64,000 nt of DNA, from assembly GCF_009914755.1 (NCBI RefSeq), contig NC_060930.1. The stretch is one strand, 5' to 3'. Positions within the stretch are counted from its first letter, which is position 1, and every line of letters starts with the position of its first letter. Of this stretch, positions 41,509 to 53,984 are shown piece after piece. The notes under the pieces were generated by a model. That model was not told where the DNA came from, ran no database searches, and saw nothing but the letters and a program-made list of their open reading frames with translations. Both the position numbers and the translations under genes were made by a program. Source of the stretch: the human T2T-CHM13v2.0 reference genome, Homo sapiens.

Positions 41509-43445
41509 GAGAGAATCTTTAAATACAGAGTCTGAAGTAACTATAACCTAGACTCTGGCTTCTTGCACATCTGGTTTACTGTAGTTATTCACAGTCTCAT
41601 GAAGTCCCAATGCAGGGTGACAAGTGACACCTGAGACTATTTCCAGGGAAGATCCCTGTGCTCCAAGTTCCCAAGGTGCGCCCCTCACAATGTCAAAGGC
41701 AGAACTGCACCAGGCACTGGGCCTTAGTCTTGTGTCTCACAGGGCTTTGGATGGCAAATTCTGAATCCTCTCCTGTCGCGCCCAACTACCCATCATTCTT
41801 GACTGGTGTCTGCAAAGCTCAACATCCAGCCACTGGGCCTCCCTGAAGCACAGCAGTGTGGTCATGTACACAGCTCTGATGAGTGAGGTGCTAGGCCCTC
41901 TCTCCCACACAGGACCCCCTCCTGCTTAGGCCTGGGCAGAAGTGTGCGAGGTTGTCATGACCTTGGGATGGTGAGGATACCTTGGGAGGTCTGCAAGTCA
42001 GGCAGTGGCCAGCCATTGCCCACCCTGGGCTCCAGCTACAGCAGGTGGCTGGCATCCACTAAAGGGAGAGCAGCACGGAGGCCTCGCATGCCCTTAGACC
42101 TCGAACCATCCACTGTATCTGCAGAGAATATGTGTCCCCACAGAACCACTGGTTTTGCTTTTCCCATAAAGAAGCTGGACACTTGGATTTGAGGCTGAGT
42201 TGGTTTGACTGAGTTCAATCTCAGGCAGTTGAGCACCGGGGTTCAAGACGCTGTGAGAGATGCTAGGGGCCAGATGCAAGCATTGTCAGCCAGGCCCTGG
42301 CAGAGGCTCACAGGGCTGAGAATAAAGCATTGCAGACAAGGCGGGAAATGGCCAATTCTTCAGTGAAGTGGCCAGGAGAGTAGGGCCCCTGAGGAGGGCA
42401 TCTGCAGAGGCAGCTGAGTGCTGAGCCTGAGCAGGGCAGGACTCCAAGGGCAAGCAGCAGGGGCAGCCCAGGGCCGGCACGGTGCAGGGCCAGCAGCTCC
42501 CAGCTCCGGAGGAGGACGCTGGGGCCCTGCCCAAGGCCGAGAATGCATGCTCCAGACAGCGGCCTTTATTCCATGGTGGAGACAGTGATGGTTTTAAGTT
42601 GAAATATGACAGTATCTGTATCTCAGAAAGGCGACTCTGGCAGCCATGTGGGAGGCAGAGAGAGCATCACAGTGCAGGGTACAGCCAGCACAAGGGTCGG
42701 CCGAATGAACGCGCCTGATCTGGGCCAGACTCAGCAAGCCTCTCTCTCTATGCCTTATGTTTTCCCTCTAGTGAGAAAAATATGAGAATAGCACGTATCT
42801 TACCAGACTCCTGTGAAAGTAAGCTTGTAAAAGTGTCCAGTAGTTCATGCATTTTCAGTACGCAATAAGGTTTTGAACTTGAAAATAAAGACTAACTGGA
42901 TATTTTAATTCATGGTTTCAGGCTCAAGGAAGGCTTTGACTTTAAAATAACAACTGACCATTAGAGCTGTTCATAAAGAAAGGGCCATATTGGGAGGTGG
43001 CAACACCTTCACCATTCAGACATGTCCCGCCCAGCCACTGCTCACGCAGGCTTCGCAGGTGGAAGCTAAGCTGTACCTGAAGATCTTGGCATTCTTACTG
43101 GTGTAAAAACTGTCATTAAGCATTTTTCAATATACAATCATGGTTTTTACGTAGTTTAGCCCTTTATTCCTATGATGTTTTTGCTACCCCATTCTAGACT
43201 GACAACATGGCTGTAGGGAAAGGAAGACCAGCAGCCACCTAGTTACAAGGTAGCACGCCCACAGTGACCAGCGCTGATGAAACGTGAGGGTGCAGCTGAA
43301 GGAAAATGGGGCGTCTGCCAGCTGCTCACCAGGCTCTATCAACCCTTCACGTGCGGGGGTGGGGGGCTGTTCATACTCAAGATGCCATTAGCGCAGATTC
43401 TCCAAAGTAAGAGTTTTCATATTGTATTCCTACCCCACAATCTGT

Positions 43446-43600
43446 GAAAGAAAGGGAGAGAGAGAGGAGATGAGCTGAAGGGAGGGGAAGGGAAAGGAGG
43501 GAAAGGGAAGAGGGAAAAAGAGAGGTAGGGATGAACAGAGGGAAAGGAGAGTGAAAGAAAGAGAGAGAGACGAAAAAGGGAGGGAGAGAAAGAGAGAGAG
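43446..43600. repeat. GA-rich low-complexity polypurine tract
   Basis: About 155 bp of almost pure A/G on the plus strand. Confidence 0.9.
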
Positions 43601-45483
43601 CCAATCGTGGCACAGTGACTTAGGAAGAATCCTACTGAAATGCTCAATAAAGCCAGTGTAATTTCTTTGAGCCCCACTGGACTGCTAACATTTGAGAGCA
43701 CAATACCACGCGCAATTAAACAAGCAAACCCACAATTCATTAGGGATAATTTTAATAGATGACTCATTAGCCAGCCAGTTAATGATGCTTTGTTTTCCCA
43801 GAGGCCCAGGCAGATGCTTAACTACAATGAGGCTTCTACTGCCACTGACAAAAGGCAATGGAATCTAAACCACCCATGCCACGTCTTCAAGCTTCTTCAG
43901 GTTTTTTTTTTTTTGAAGATAAGGATCAAATGAAACGACTTCTGTTAAACTTGTATTTCCTGTACAGAATGGATATCTTCTTCAAATTATATGATTGTAC
44001 AACTATTAAAGGACTGCTTAATGTAGAGGAAGTCTGTTTAGGACACAGGGACTGGCCTTTTCACATGTGGCTCCTCAGATGTTCTACAGTTTCCTTCACA
44101 CTCAGTTCCTCACACTGGAGTGGTTTCACAGGATGATTAGAGGTATTAGGCCAGCAGTAGAGATGCTAGTTTATATGTAATACCTAGCGAGAGGAATACG
44201 TTTGCTACACAATCAACACTTGAAGTCACTAAAAAAAAATGACTTTAAAAATCTCACAAGAATGACTAAATATACCAAAAATCAGCCCAGAAACATGGCA
44301 CAGTATCATGGTAAGTCACTGCACTGAGGAGTTGGCAGAGCAGGGCTGGAACCCACTGCCTGATACCAAGAGAAGACATCAAACAAGGGTTTCTCCTTTC
44401 AATGTCAGCCTTTTCCTATGAAAATGACAAAAAACAATCCGTGCTCTCCTAACCATGGTCAAATATGTGTTGGAAGAATCAAATACAAAGATGTAAATGA
44501 CAAAGCACTACAGGAATAGAATAGGACAATCTTCCAGGGTTTAAAATAAGTTCTAGTGATAGATCTTTATATTTTATTTTCAAACTTGAAATTTGAGACC
44601 CAGGCAAAACCAGCAAGTAATTCTTGACTAAAGGACACACTGTAAGAAAAAGCACATGAAACTATGCAGCCCTTGAAATCCTCATCTCTGCCTTTTTCTG
44701 TTGAGACAAAGTAGGCGCAGCTCTGCTACCTTGAATGGGGTATCTGTATCCTGTGGACTTGGTGACAGAATGCCCCGAGAGGCAGGATGCCAGCCGAGTC
44801 ACCTTCCTGGAATGCAACCTGTACCCTCCAACACAGGCACCCACAGACTATCGCTCTGCTCTGTGAGTCAGAAGCTGGAGGACGGACCCAAGAACAGGGA
44901 TATGTCATCTGAGCATGTGGGTGATGTGCGACCAGGGAGGAAATGAAATCACACTCACGAGGGACAGAAAATGGTACTGCAGAAGGCTTTTCTTTTCTTC
45001 TTACTGCACTGTTTCCACAGATATTCCCAGAGCCACTGTCAAATAACTACATAAGAATCTTTAAATTCTATATGTATTTAAAAATAAAGTCCTATTATTA
45101 CAACATGACCTGCTTCTAATTTGCATGTGTTGGTGATGGGTACAGACTGAGAGAGAGGATAGAGAGGGGAGAAGAGAAGGGATGGGAGAGTGTGACGGTT
45201 TTCCATAATAATAGAGCCCTCCTTGGAACTCTGGCTCTCTAGAAGAATCCTCTAACAAATGAGATCCTTGAAAACTGAGAGGAAATAGAGTGATGATCAC
45301 ACAAAAAGGTTTCTGAATGAGCTGATGTCAATATCATCAAGTACTCCCATGGGTACTTGGTCTTATAAGCTAATGGTATATTAGTGATTTTTAAATATTA
45401 TTTTGTAAAACAGGGCCAGTTTATCCTTCTGCCTTTCCATTTTTCTATCTGCTCAGATATTCTTCCTTTAAAAATAAGAATAA

Positions 45484-45800
45484 GGCCGGGCATGGTGGCT
45501 CATACCTATAATCCAGTCCTTTGGGGGGCCGAGGTGGACAGATCATTTGAGCTCCGGAGTTCAAGACCAGCCTGGGCAACATAGGGAGGCCTCATCTCTA
45601 CTAAAAAGAAAAAAAAATTCAGCCGGGCATGGTGGTACATGCCTGTAGTCCCAGCTACTCAGGAGGCTGAGGTGGGAGGATCACTTGAGCCTGGGAGATC
45701 AAGGCTGCAGTGAGCCAAAATCATGCCACTGCACTCCAGTATGGGTGACAGAGTGAGACCTACCTCAAAATAAATAAGTAAATCAAAAGTAAAAATAAAG
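45484..45800 (+). mobile_element. AluJb-like
   Basis: GGAGGATCACTTGAGCCTGGGAG; degenerate A-rich tail. Confidence 0.9.
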
Positions 45801-48800
45801 CTAGGAATAAAGTCTAATAATAGTAGAATCTAGAGATAATCAGGAAACTGGCCACTGTGTGAGAACATATAGACGTTACTTCCTTTCATTTATGATCTGC
45901 ACTCAACCAGAAAGAAAGGTGCTTGCAAACATTTTGCTGATATCAAGTAAATCTAGCACAACTCAACCTAAGTGTGGTAAGATCATATTCTGGGGGCAAT
46001 GTCTTGTGCTAGCTAAAGAAAGCATCTTTTAATAGTAAGAGAAATGGAACACATTTCATATATACAGATTTCATTTTTATAATTTTATAAAGAAATGATG
46101 GGCAGGGAGATCCAATTCAGGTATTTACTGGGCATCTGTTATGTGCCAGGCATGTTGGGAGGGATGATTAAAGATAAAGAGGGATAGGATCCAGGTCCTG
46201 CCTTCAAGGAGCTTCCCCAAGAGAGACCGACATGAGATAGCTAACAAAGTCCTGACTGCTCCTCAGAGGTCTCCCTCACTTTTCTCTCTATAGTGAGAGC
46301 CCAACCATTCTCTCTATGAGAAAAAATGGTAAAAGTGATCTCAAATATTTTACATAACTCTGAGAGGTACTTAGGGAAGCTATCCTATGGAGTAATTTCA
46401 TCCCTTTCTTTGAGAACTCTACTAATAATTTCCATATGAGGCTTAGGCCAACAATGTAAAGACAATTTCTCAAAGGATTTCTCAATTTTGCCTTTACATA
46501 ATTCGGCTTCTGTAAACTGTACCTGTAACTAACTGGCCCTAGTAGAAGTCCAATTGTTTTTCTCTTCTAAAAGGAAAAGGAGACTTTCACTTAACTATAC
46601 CTCAAATTTATCTGTTTGGGGCATATGCAGCATAGTTTCTGAAGCAACTCTAACAAGTCAAAAATCCTCTGGAAATTTGATCCCAAGAGTACAATGGCTT
46701 TTGAATATTCTTCACCTTCAATAAGGCATAGAGTAGAAGCACATGGAACCAAGTCCCCAGCCTATATTAAACTTATTTCTCCAGCAAGTCAGTGTTAAAC
46801 ATCTTATTCTTACACGAGATCTGGCCCATTTCCTACAGTATCCATTCCGTGTTGCCAGGTCTTACCGTTGATGCCCTGGGCCATCAATCAGAGTCACAGG
46901 GATTTCAGGATCAAATCAGCACTACAAAGCCATCAATTATCCCAGCTGTATTGAAGTCAACAGGTAGAAAACTGAAATAACAGATACAAATGACCCAACA
47001 CTCACAGAGAGGATTGAACTTTCTTCTTTACCTGAGAAAAAGGATAAGGAGAATCTTTGTGGCATTACTGCTATAATTCCTTCCCACGGAATAAGCAGAA
47101 GAGATGTTTTCCAGCATGAAGTGAACGGGGCTGAAAATAAAATGTGTTTCTTTGCTTTCGGGAACATTCAACTTAAAAAAGGTTTTGTTTTGTGTCTTTG
47201 GATACAAAGGCAAGATTAACATGCTTGTATTAGAGGGTCCCCTGAGGATGAGCCTGGGAACCTGGAGCTTGGGCTTGGGCATTCAGGTGGCCCAAAAAAG
47301 GACAGAGCAGAGCCCCCAGGCTTCTCCACCAGAGCTCTGCAAAGACAAAACATGTAATTTTAGTCAATTATTTCCTGCAATAAAGGTGCTAATAAGTAGG
47401 ATAAAGCCAAACAGTACTTTAGCATGCATTCAAAAACAGAGATTTGACTTCTAGCTTGTGTGTGTATAGGAAAGAGACAGAGCAAGAGAGATAGAGTGAT
47501 TAACGTATGGTATGTGTGCAAAAGACTGCCTTGATTGCAAATACGTTTTGCCCTCTCCAGAGTGCATGAGTATAAAGATGAAGCACTGAATATTGAAGAT
47601 ATAAGCAAAATCATCACTAAATTTAGATGATGTCACATCTTGTGAGAGATATTTACATCTATTTCCTGTGGACAGTCTTGTTATTAAAATTAAACAGTCA
47701 GTTTAGTTCATATTTTCAGATTTTCCAGACTTTCACAGAAGTCACAAAAAAGTGGGAGACGTCAGTGAAAGAAGAGACAGGTGGGGAGCAGGGCAGGGAA
47801 AGAGGAAGGGCAGAACAGGCTGGGGTGGACTGAGAAAGCTCAAGGAATCTCATGGACTTGGTAAGTGTGAAAGTGAATAGCTAACCTAAGTGTGAACAGT
47901 TCTTTAGTGTAAGAATTTTCTTACACTATTTTCCTAGGAGTTTTGCTCTCAAGACTAGCACCATGACTTTCTTAAGTACAATGGGTCACTTCATGATCTG
48001 CAATGGTATAATGACCCTTCACATCAATGAGCGTGACTAAAGGGTGGAGTACAAGCTTCCATCTTAATGTGGTTAATTGCTACCCATTAGAACTTAAGCA
48101 GCACTTACATGAAGTTTCATAACCCTCATAATCCACGTCCACAGGCACTATACCTAACCCATTTTATATGAACATGCAACTTTATTCTCTATGCATTTGC
48201 ATCCTCTCTCCATACATACCCTGGCCAATAACTGCTTTTCTGATTTAATGACATATGCTCAATTTTATGTGGTTTAAATCAAACTGAAAATGTGATCTAA
48301 GAATGCACCCAGTCTCATGTTTCTAAACTATCTGTAAATGAAAACTCAATTCATACTAGAAATATGGGTGATACAGGTGTCTTTCATTAAACAACAATTT
48401 AAAACGGGCTCTACAGGTTCTTATTTGGGGACACAGCAGCTTCTGGGATGTCATTCCAATCAAGCAAGACCTAGCCAGATAAAACAGGCAATTGATTTTC
48501 TACATTTTTCTTAACTTATTTTAAATAATACACTGAAAAGTTTACTGCACAGGATGAAGAAGAGAAAAAAAGAGAAATGGCAAGCTGAATTTGTTATACA
48601 GAGTTTTCCATAGCCAGATCAGGAAAATGGTTTTTTGCTTAATCTAAACATTTTATGTTTCAAAGATGCAGGAAACTGTTACAAGCTTTTCTTTTCCTAT
48701 AAATAAAGCTGTTCTTTTTTCTTTATTAATCAAGGCCCTTGAATTGCCTTTCTTAAATGTTTGGTTTGTTAGAAACAACACAGAAACCACGTTCTTCTAA

Positions 48801-49444
48801 ATACAGATAAAGGAGAGACTATTTATTTAGTTATTTTCATTTGTATTTCTTGGAATATTTTTCAAAGAGAGTATATTAAATAGCTCCACAGAAGGCTAGA
48901 AGATTTTTTCCCACAATGGAAAACAATAGCAATACCTCACTAATCAATATAAAAAGTCAAAATAAAAAATCGATGAGTATTACAACACATTCAGTGAGGA
49001 GGCCACTGACATATTTCCCTTCCAAGAAAGAACACCTTAGGCTCCTAAGTAATAATATGGAATTAGACTCCCACAGTGAGTAGAAATTCAATTGCTGACC
49101 TTATTACCTAACAAACAGTCACTTGACAAAGATTCTAATAGAATAGGTTTTCTAGGAAACTCCCCAGGTAAATATCCTCTGCACGTAGTTACACAATGCC
49201 TTCCCCTCTGCTAGGAAGACAGGAACGATGTTGTTAAGATAGAGAGCTCTCAGCAGATCCCTGGTTTTTCCAGACCACTGTCACTTTATGAGACAGATAC
49301 AACCTCACCGTTGCTTTCTGTTAAGTAAGGCCTTACTAACAAATGGATTCAGGCACCACTAACACTTTAGACAATGGAAACACAAAAAGATACTACTGCT
49401 ATATGCTACTCTCCTGCATATGAACAAACATGGTCTACTGATGG

Positions 49445-50756
49445 TGACAGAGGCAGGAGGCAGACAGGGGCAGGTCCCTGGTGAAGCTCCACCTTCAAAC
49501 CAAAAAGCCTGAAACTCACGGCCCAAGGCGACAACTCTACTCCTGTTTGCCCACTCTCTCCTGAATGGTTCTTTCGGAATAATGCCTTTTTGCCCATCAA
49601 ATGTTGCCTTTTTCAAAACTACCGATGGCCCGTCCTGTACCCCATCCTCTGCCTATAAAGACCCCAGACTCAGTCAGTAGAAGAGAGAAACGTGGTTTGA
49701 CTGGAGAGGGAAAACTTGACTTCAGAGAGCAGCTGGACTTTGGAAGAGAGATGGCTTGACTCAGGGAAGAGCCGGCTGGACGTCAGGGGAAGACTTGTCC
49801 CGTCCCATCTACAGCTAGCTCCCGTCTCTGCTGAGAGCCATTTCCGTTGCTAAATAAAATCCTCCACTAATACAGTTCAGCTGCGTCCCCTTTCAAATCT
49901 CATCTTGAATTGTAGCTCCCATAATTCCCACGTGTTGTGGGAGGGACCTGGTGGGAGATAACTGAATCATGGGGGCGGTTCCCCCATCCTGTTCTCATGG
50001 TAGTAAGTCTCACAAGAGCTGTTGGCTTTAAAAGGGGAACCCCTTTCACTTGGCTCTCATTCTCTCTCTTCCCTGCTGCCATGTAAGACGTGCCTTTCGC
50101 CTTCCACCATGACTGTGAGGCCTCCCCAGCCACGTGGAACTGTGAGTCCATTAAACTTCTTTGTCTTTATAAATACCCAGTCTCCAGTATGTCTTTATCA
50201 GCAGCATGAGAACGGACTAATACATCCACCTTCACCATCCTTCAAGTGTCCACACTACCTCATTCTTCTTGGACTCCCAACAAGAGCTCAGGACCCACTG
50301 AGTGCGGGTACCCAAAAAAAGCTGTCACACTGGCCCTTTGCCTTCGCTGGCAGAGGGCAGCTGCTCCACGTGACGAGGCAAAGGACCAACCGAGTTGATA
50401 ACACACTGCTGTCCACAGACGGCAGAGCTAAGAGAGCACTGTAACACACCCTCTGGGGCTTCAGGGTCACAGGCACCCCCACCTGTGTACCACAGCAACA
50501 CTCACACGAAGATTGCTCCTGCTGGTGACCAGAGCAGCTGGTCTTGCTCTCTCACGTGCTCCCTCCCACAAGGGGTTGAGCGCAGCAGGCTGAGTAAATG
50601 GAGCTTGTTCCTGCCAGCGCACAGAGCAGCAGCCAGCCGGATCCCGCACTCGCTCACTCACGCGCTCCCTCCTACAAGCGGTTGAGCATGGTGGGCCAAG
50701 TAAACGGAGCACCCTGTCACAAGTCCAGTGAAAGGGTCGTGAAAAATCCGACATCA
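49445..50756 (+). mobile_element. ERV1 solo LTR (MER50-like) interrupted by THE1
   Basis: TG...CA ends, 4-bp TSD ATGG at 49441-49444 and 50757-50760, TATA-like CCTATAAAG and AATAAA. Confidence 0.85.
49868..50224 (+). mobile_element. THE1C-like MaLR solo LTR
   Basis: CAAATCTCATCTTGAATTGTAGCTCCCATAATTCCC...GGACTAATACA; 5-bp TSD TCCAC at 49863-49867 and 50225-50229. Confidence 0.92.
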
Positions 50757-51922
50757 ATGGTGATGTTGCAACAAGCAAACTTCCCTTAAATAAGATCTCA
50801 AAGTTTAAATGACGTCTCTTCCTTCCAGATTTGTGTAACATAGGATACAAAATGCTAGTAGAAGATGGACAGATAGGAAAGAAAGGACTGGGCAGCAGTG
50901 GGCAGTTCTCCCAGCTCTGTCTGTAACCTATGTACCCTTCCAGAGGCTCCTCACCTTCCCCAGGTCTCTGTATTAGCTGAGAACTGAGAGCTGGAATGAA
51001 GGTAAATTCATTCAGAGGACAAGGGATAGAGGGGGCTGGAGACCTGACTACATATTTTCCCCAAACACACCCTTTACTTCTTTACCTGATACAGCCAATA
51101 GCATAGGTTCGGCAAGATCTGACAGCTGTCTCAGCCAGACTCTTTCTTACATTTAAAACCTATAAGAAGTCTTCAAAAGTTTCTGGCATATAATAAGTGC
51201 TTAACATTTGGCAATTACGTTTATTTCTAAAAGTAGTTTTGTTATGATTCAGTCTGTGCTCACTGTCCCCTGCCACCTCCACACAAAAAAGGATGCAGGT
51301 ATATGACGTTAAATTCTGATGAATTTCAACGCTCACCCCTAACGATCCTCACGTCCTCTGGGTTACCAGTAGGACCCTTCTGGAGCATCTGTGGGATTAG
51401 CTGTAGCAGGAAAACCTCTTGCCACTTTATACATGGCTTTTACTGAGTCCTGGAAAGAGGCTGGACTTAGGTCTCTTGATTAACCCTGTCTCCCAAGAGC
51501 AAGGGGCCTTTTTTGTGGGTGGTAAAAGCCTGAAGATACTCTGGCCCAGCTCCTACCATTTAGCTTATCAGTCAATATGTTCTGGCTATAGTTGTGTTTC
51601 ACATATTTATATCAAAGTGGGATCTCATTGGGACCATATACTGCCATTTGTAGCAACCAGAACTGTGACCATGGCAGGAACTCAATAGAATACATGTTGA
51701 ATGAACAGTGCCACCCTGAGAAGTCAGAGGTTCTCTCCCTTAGTGTTTTCTGCCACCACTGCTATAATCCTGACTGCTGGACATTGGTTGAAAATGGCGC
51801 ATTGCCACTAGAGTGTTCTCGTGAAGCTGCTTGAGCCTATATGGAGAGAGGTGGGCATAAAAGCAGGTTGTAGAGGGGTCAGGTAAATACTTAAGATAAA
51901 AATATTTTAAAAGTTTGAACTG

Positions 51923-51985
51923 GCCGAAATCGCACCACTGCACTCCAGCCCGGGCGACGGCGAGACTCCGTCTCAAAAAAAAAAT
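51923..51985 (+). mobile_element. Severely 5'-truncated Alu (about 60 bp)
   Basis: Alu 3' end plus A tail; TSD core GTTTGAACTG at 51913-51922 and 51986-51995. Confidence 0.9.
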
Positions 51986-52722
51986 GTTTGAACTGCTATC
52001 TATACCCCATAAAATGCAAATTTTTAGTAGCTTGTGTTTGTGCAAATTGAATATTTGTAGCTGTAAGCCATTAGCACTACAGTAATTACTTAAATACTAA
52101 TTTTTGTTCAAAATGCAACAGTAATTGTAGACATTAATTACAGAATCTGGGTGGTACGCAGGTGTTTGAGGTAAAATTTATTCAGTTATTCTGTATGTTT
52201 AAAAAGTTTTATAATAAAATACTGGAAGAGATCTAACTGCCTATGACTTTATTCAGAAGTACAATATAATTTAATATAGCTGTATATATTTTTTTCTTCA
52301 AGTTGAAATACTTCTCACTCATTTAAATAACTTTGAAAACATCTTGATCTAGGAAGCAAGACTACAGATGGATGAAAATAAATTGGAATCAGCAACAAGT
52401 AAGGACTTTTTATAAATCATTGCGAAAATTTTTACAAGTCAGAGGTAAACTTTATTCATGTATGTATGTATAGCACACTGATGCTAATTTTTTACAGGGT
52501 TTATATTCTGTCCTTTACACAGATGGAAAAATCAAGATAAAACAGCTTGTCTAAGCTGAGAAACAATGTACTTGCACAGCAGGGATAACCAGCACCCACC
52601 TCACAACACGAGGAGAAAATGCTCTCTGCTCTTCATGATGGAAATTCACTGACAAGTAAAAAAGTGTCAGTCACTTCATCTGAAGGTTTACTAAAATTTT
52701 TGCATATAAAAGAGAGAGGTTG

Positions 52723-53499
52723 TGATACGGAAGAGGGGCAGGGAAGTGCCGGGAGGAGAAGGGCAGGTCCCTGGTGAGGGCTCCACCCCCAGGCCTATGC
52801 CCACGGACTAGGTGAGGACAGGCACTCCTGCCTTCACGCCCAAATGCTGCATTTCCCAAGACCACCCTGGCCCACCACACCCCCATGCTGTGCCTATAAA
52901 AACCCCAAGACACAAGCAGCTGAACATCAAGAGGAACACACCAGCAGCTGGATATTGAGAGAATGTCGAGAGCATACCAACAGGCACCAGCACACCGGCA
53001 GGCCACAGACGGGTGGAACTATGCCGAGTTTGGCTGGGGCGGAGAGAGGAGAGCTCCAGCCACTGAGAGACCCGACTCCAGGGGAAAACCACCTTCCCAC
53101 ACCATCTCTCTTCTGGTTCCCCCATCTGCTGAGAGCTACTTCCACTCAATAAAACCTTGCACTCATTCTCCAAGCCCACGTGTGATCTGATTCTTCCAGT
53201 ATACCAAAGCAAGAACCTCAGGATACAGAAAGCCCTCTGTCCTGGAGATAAGGAAAGGGGTCTAACTGAGCTAACACAAGCCACCTATGGATGGCTAAAC
53301 TGAAAGAGCACCCTGTAACACATGCGCACAGAGGCTTCAGCTGTAAACATTCACCCCTAGATACTGCTGTGGGGTTGAGCCCCACAACCTGCCCATCTGC
53401 ATGCTCCTCCAAGAGGTCTGAGCAGTGGGGCACCGAGGAAGCAACCCATACCACCATCACACGCTCTGCGAGGGGGATAAGGGAACCTTTCCCATTTCA
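52723..53499 (+). mobile_element. LTR1-family ERV1 solo LTR
   Basis: TGATACGGAAGAGGGGCAGGG...CCCATTTCA; TATA (CCTATAAAAA); AATAAA at about 53148; TSD GTTG/GCTG. Confidence 0.85.
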
Positions 53500-53984
53500 G
53501 CTGTATAATTAAAACGTGTGTGTAAATGAGATGGTATTATGACTTGTTTGACCTACATTTGCAAACACTTCTTTATTCTAAAGTTGATTTCAGTGTCAGG
53601 GTGCATGTGTGTTTTAAACAAACAATACCTCTCCTTTTTCATTTTTATGATTGCTGACTTTAATTTTGGCAACAAATTTACCTTTAGTCATAAATCTCTG
53701 AAGTAATCTTATGTTAATACACTTAAAATTGCAAGGAATGATCATATTTCTTAAAATGGAGGGTACCAAGCTATAAATTCTTACTGAATAAACGTAATTT
53801 AGACTTTGTTCAGAACACATAAATGAGAACTATAAAATGCTTCCTACATCATCAACATATTAGAAACCCAGGAGAGTCCTTAATACACAAGACCCACTTG
53901 TATTATAGAACAAATCAAGGCTTGGATGGCAAGGAGAATGACCTAACTTTCTATCTGTCTCTCCATGGAATCTGACCATTTCAA

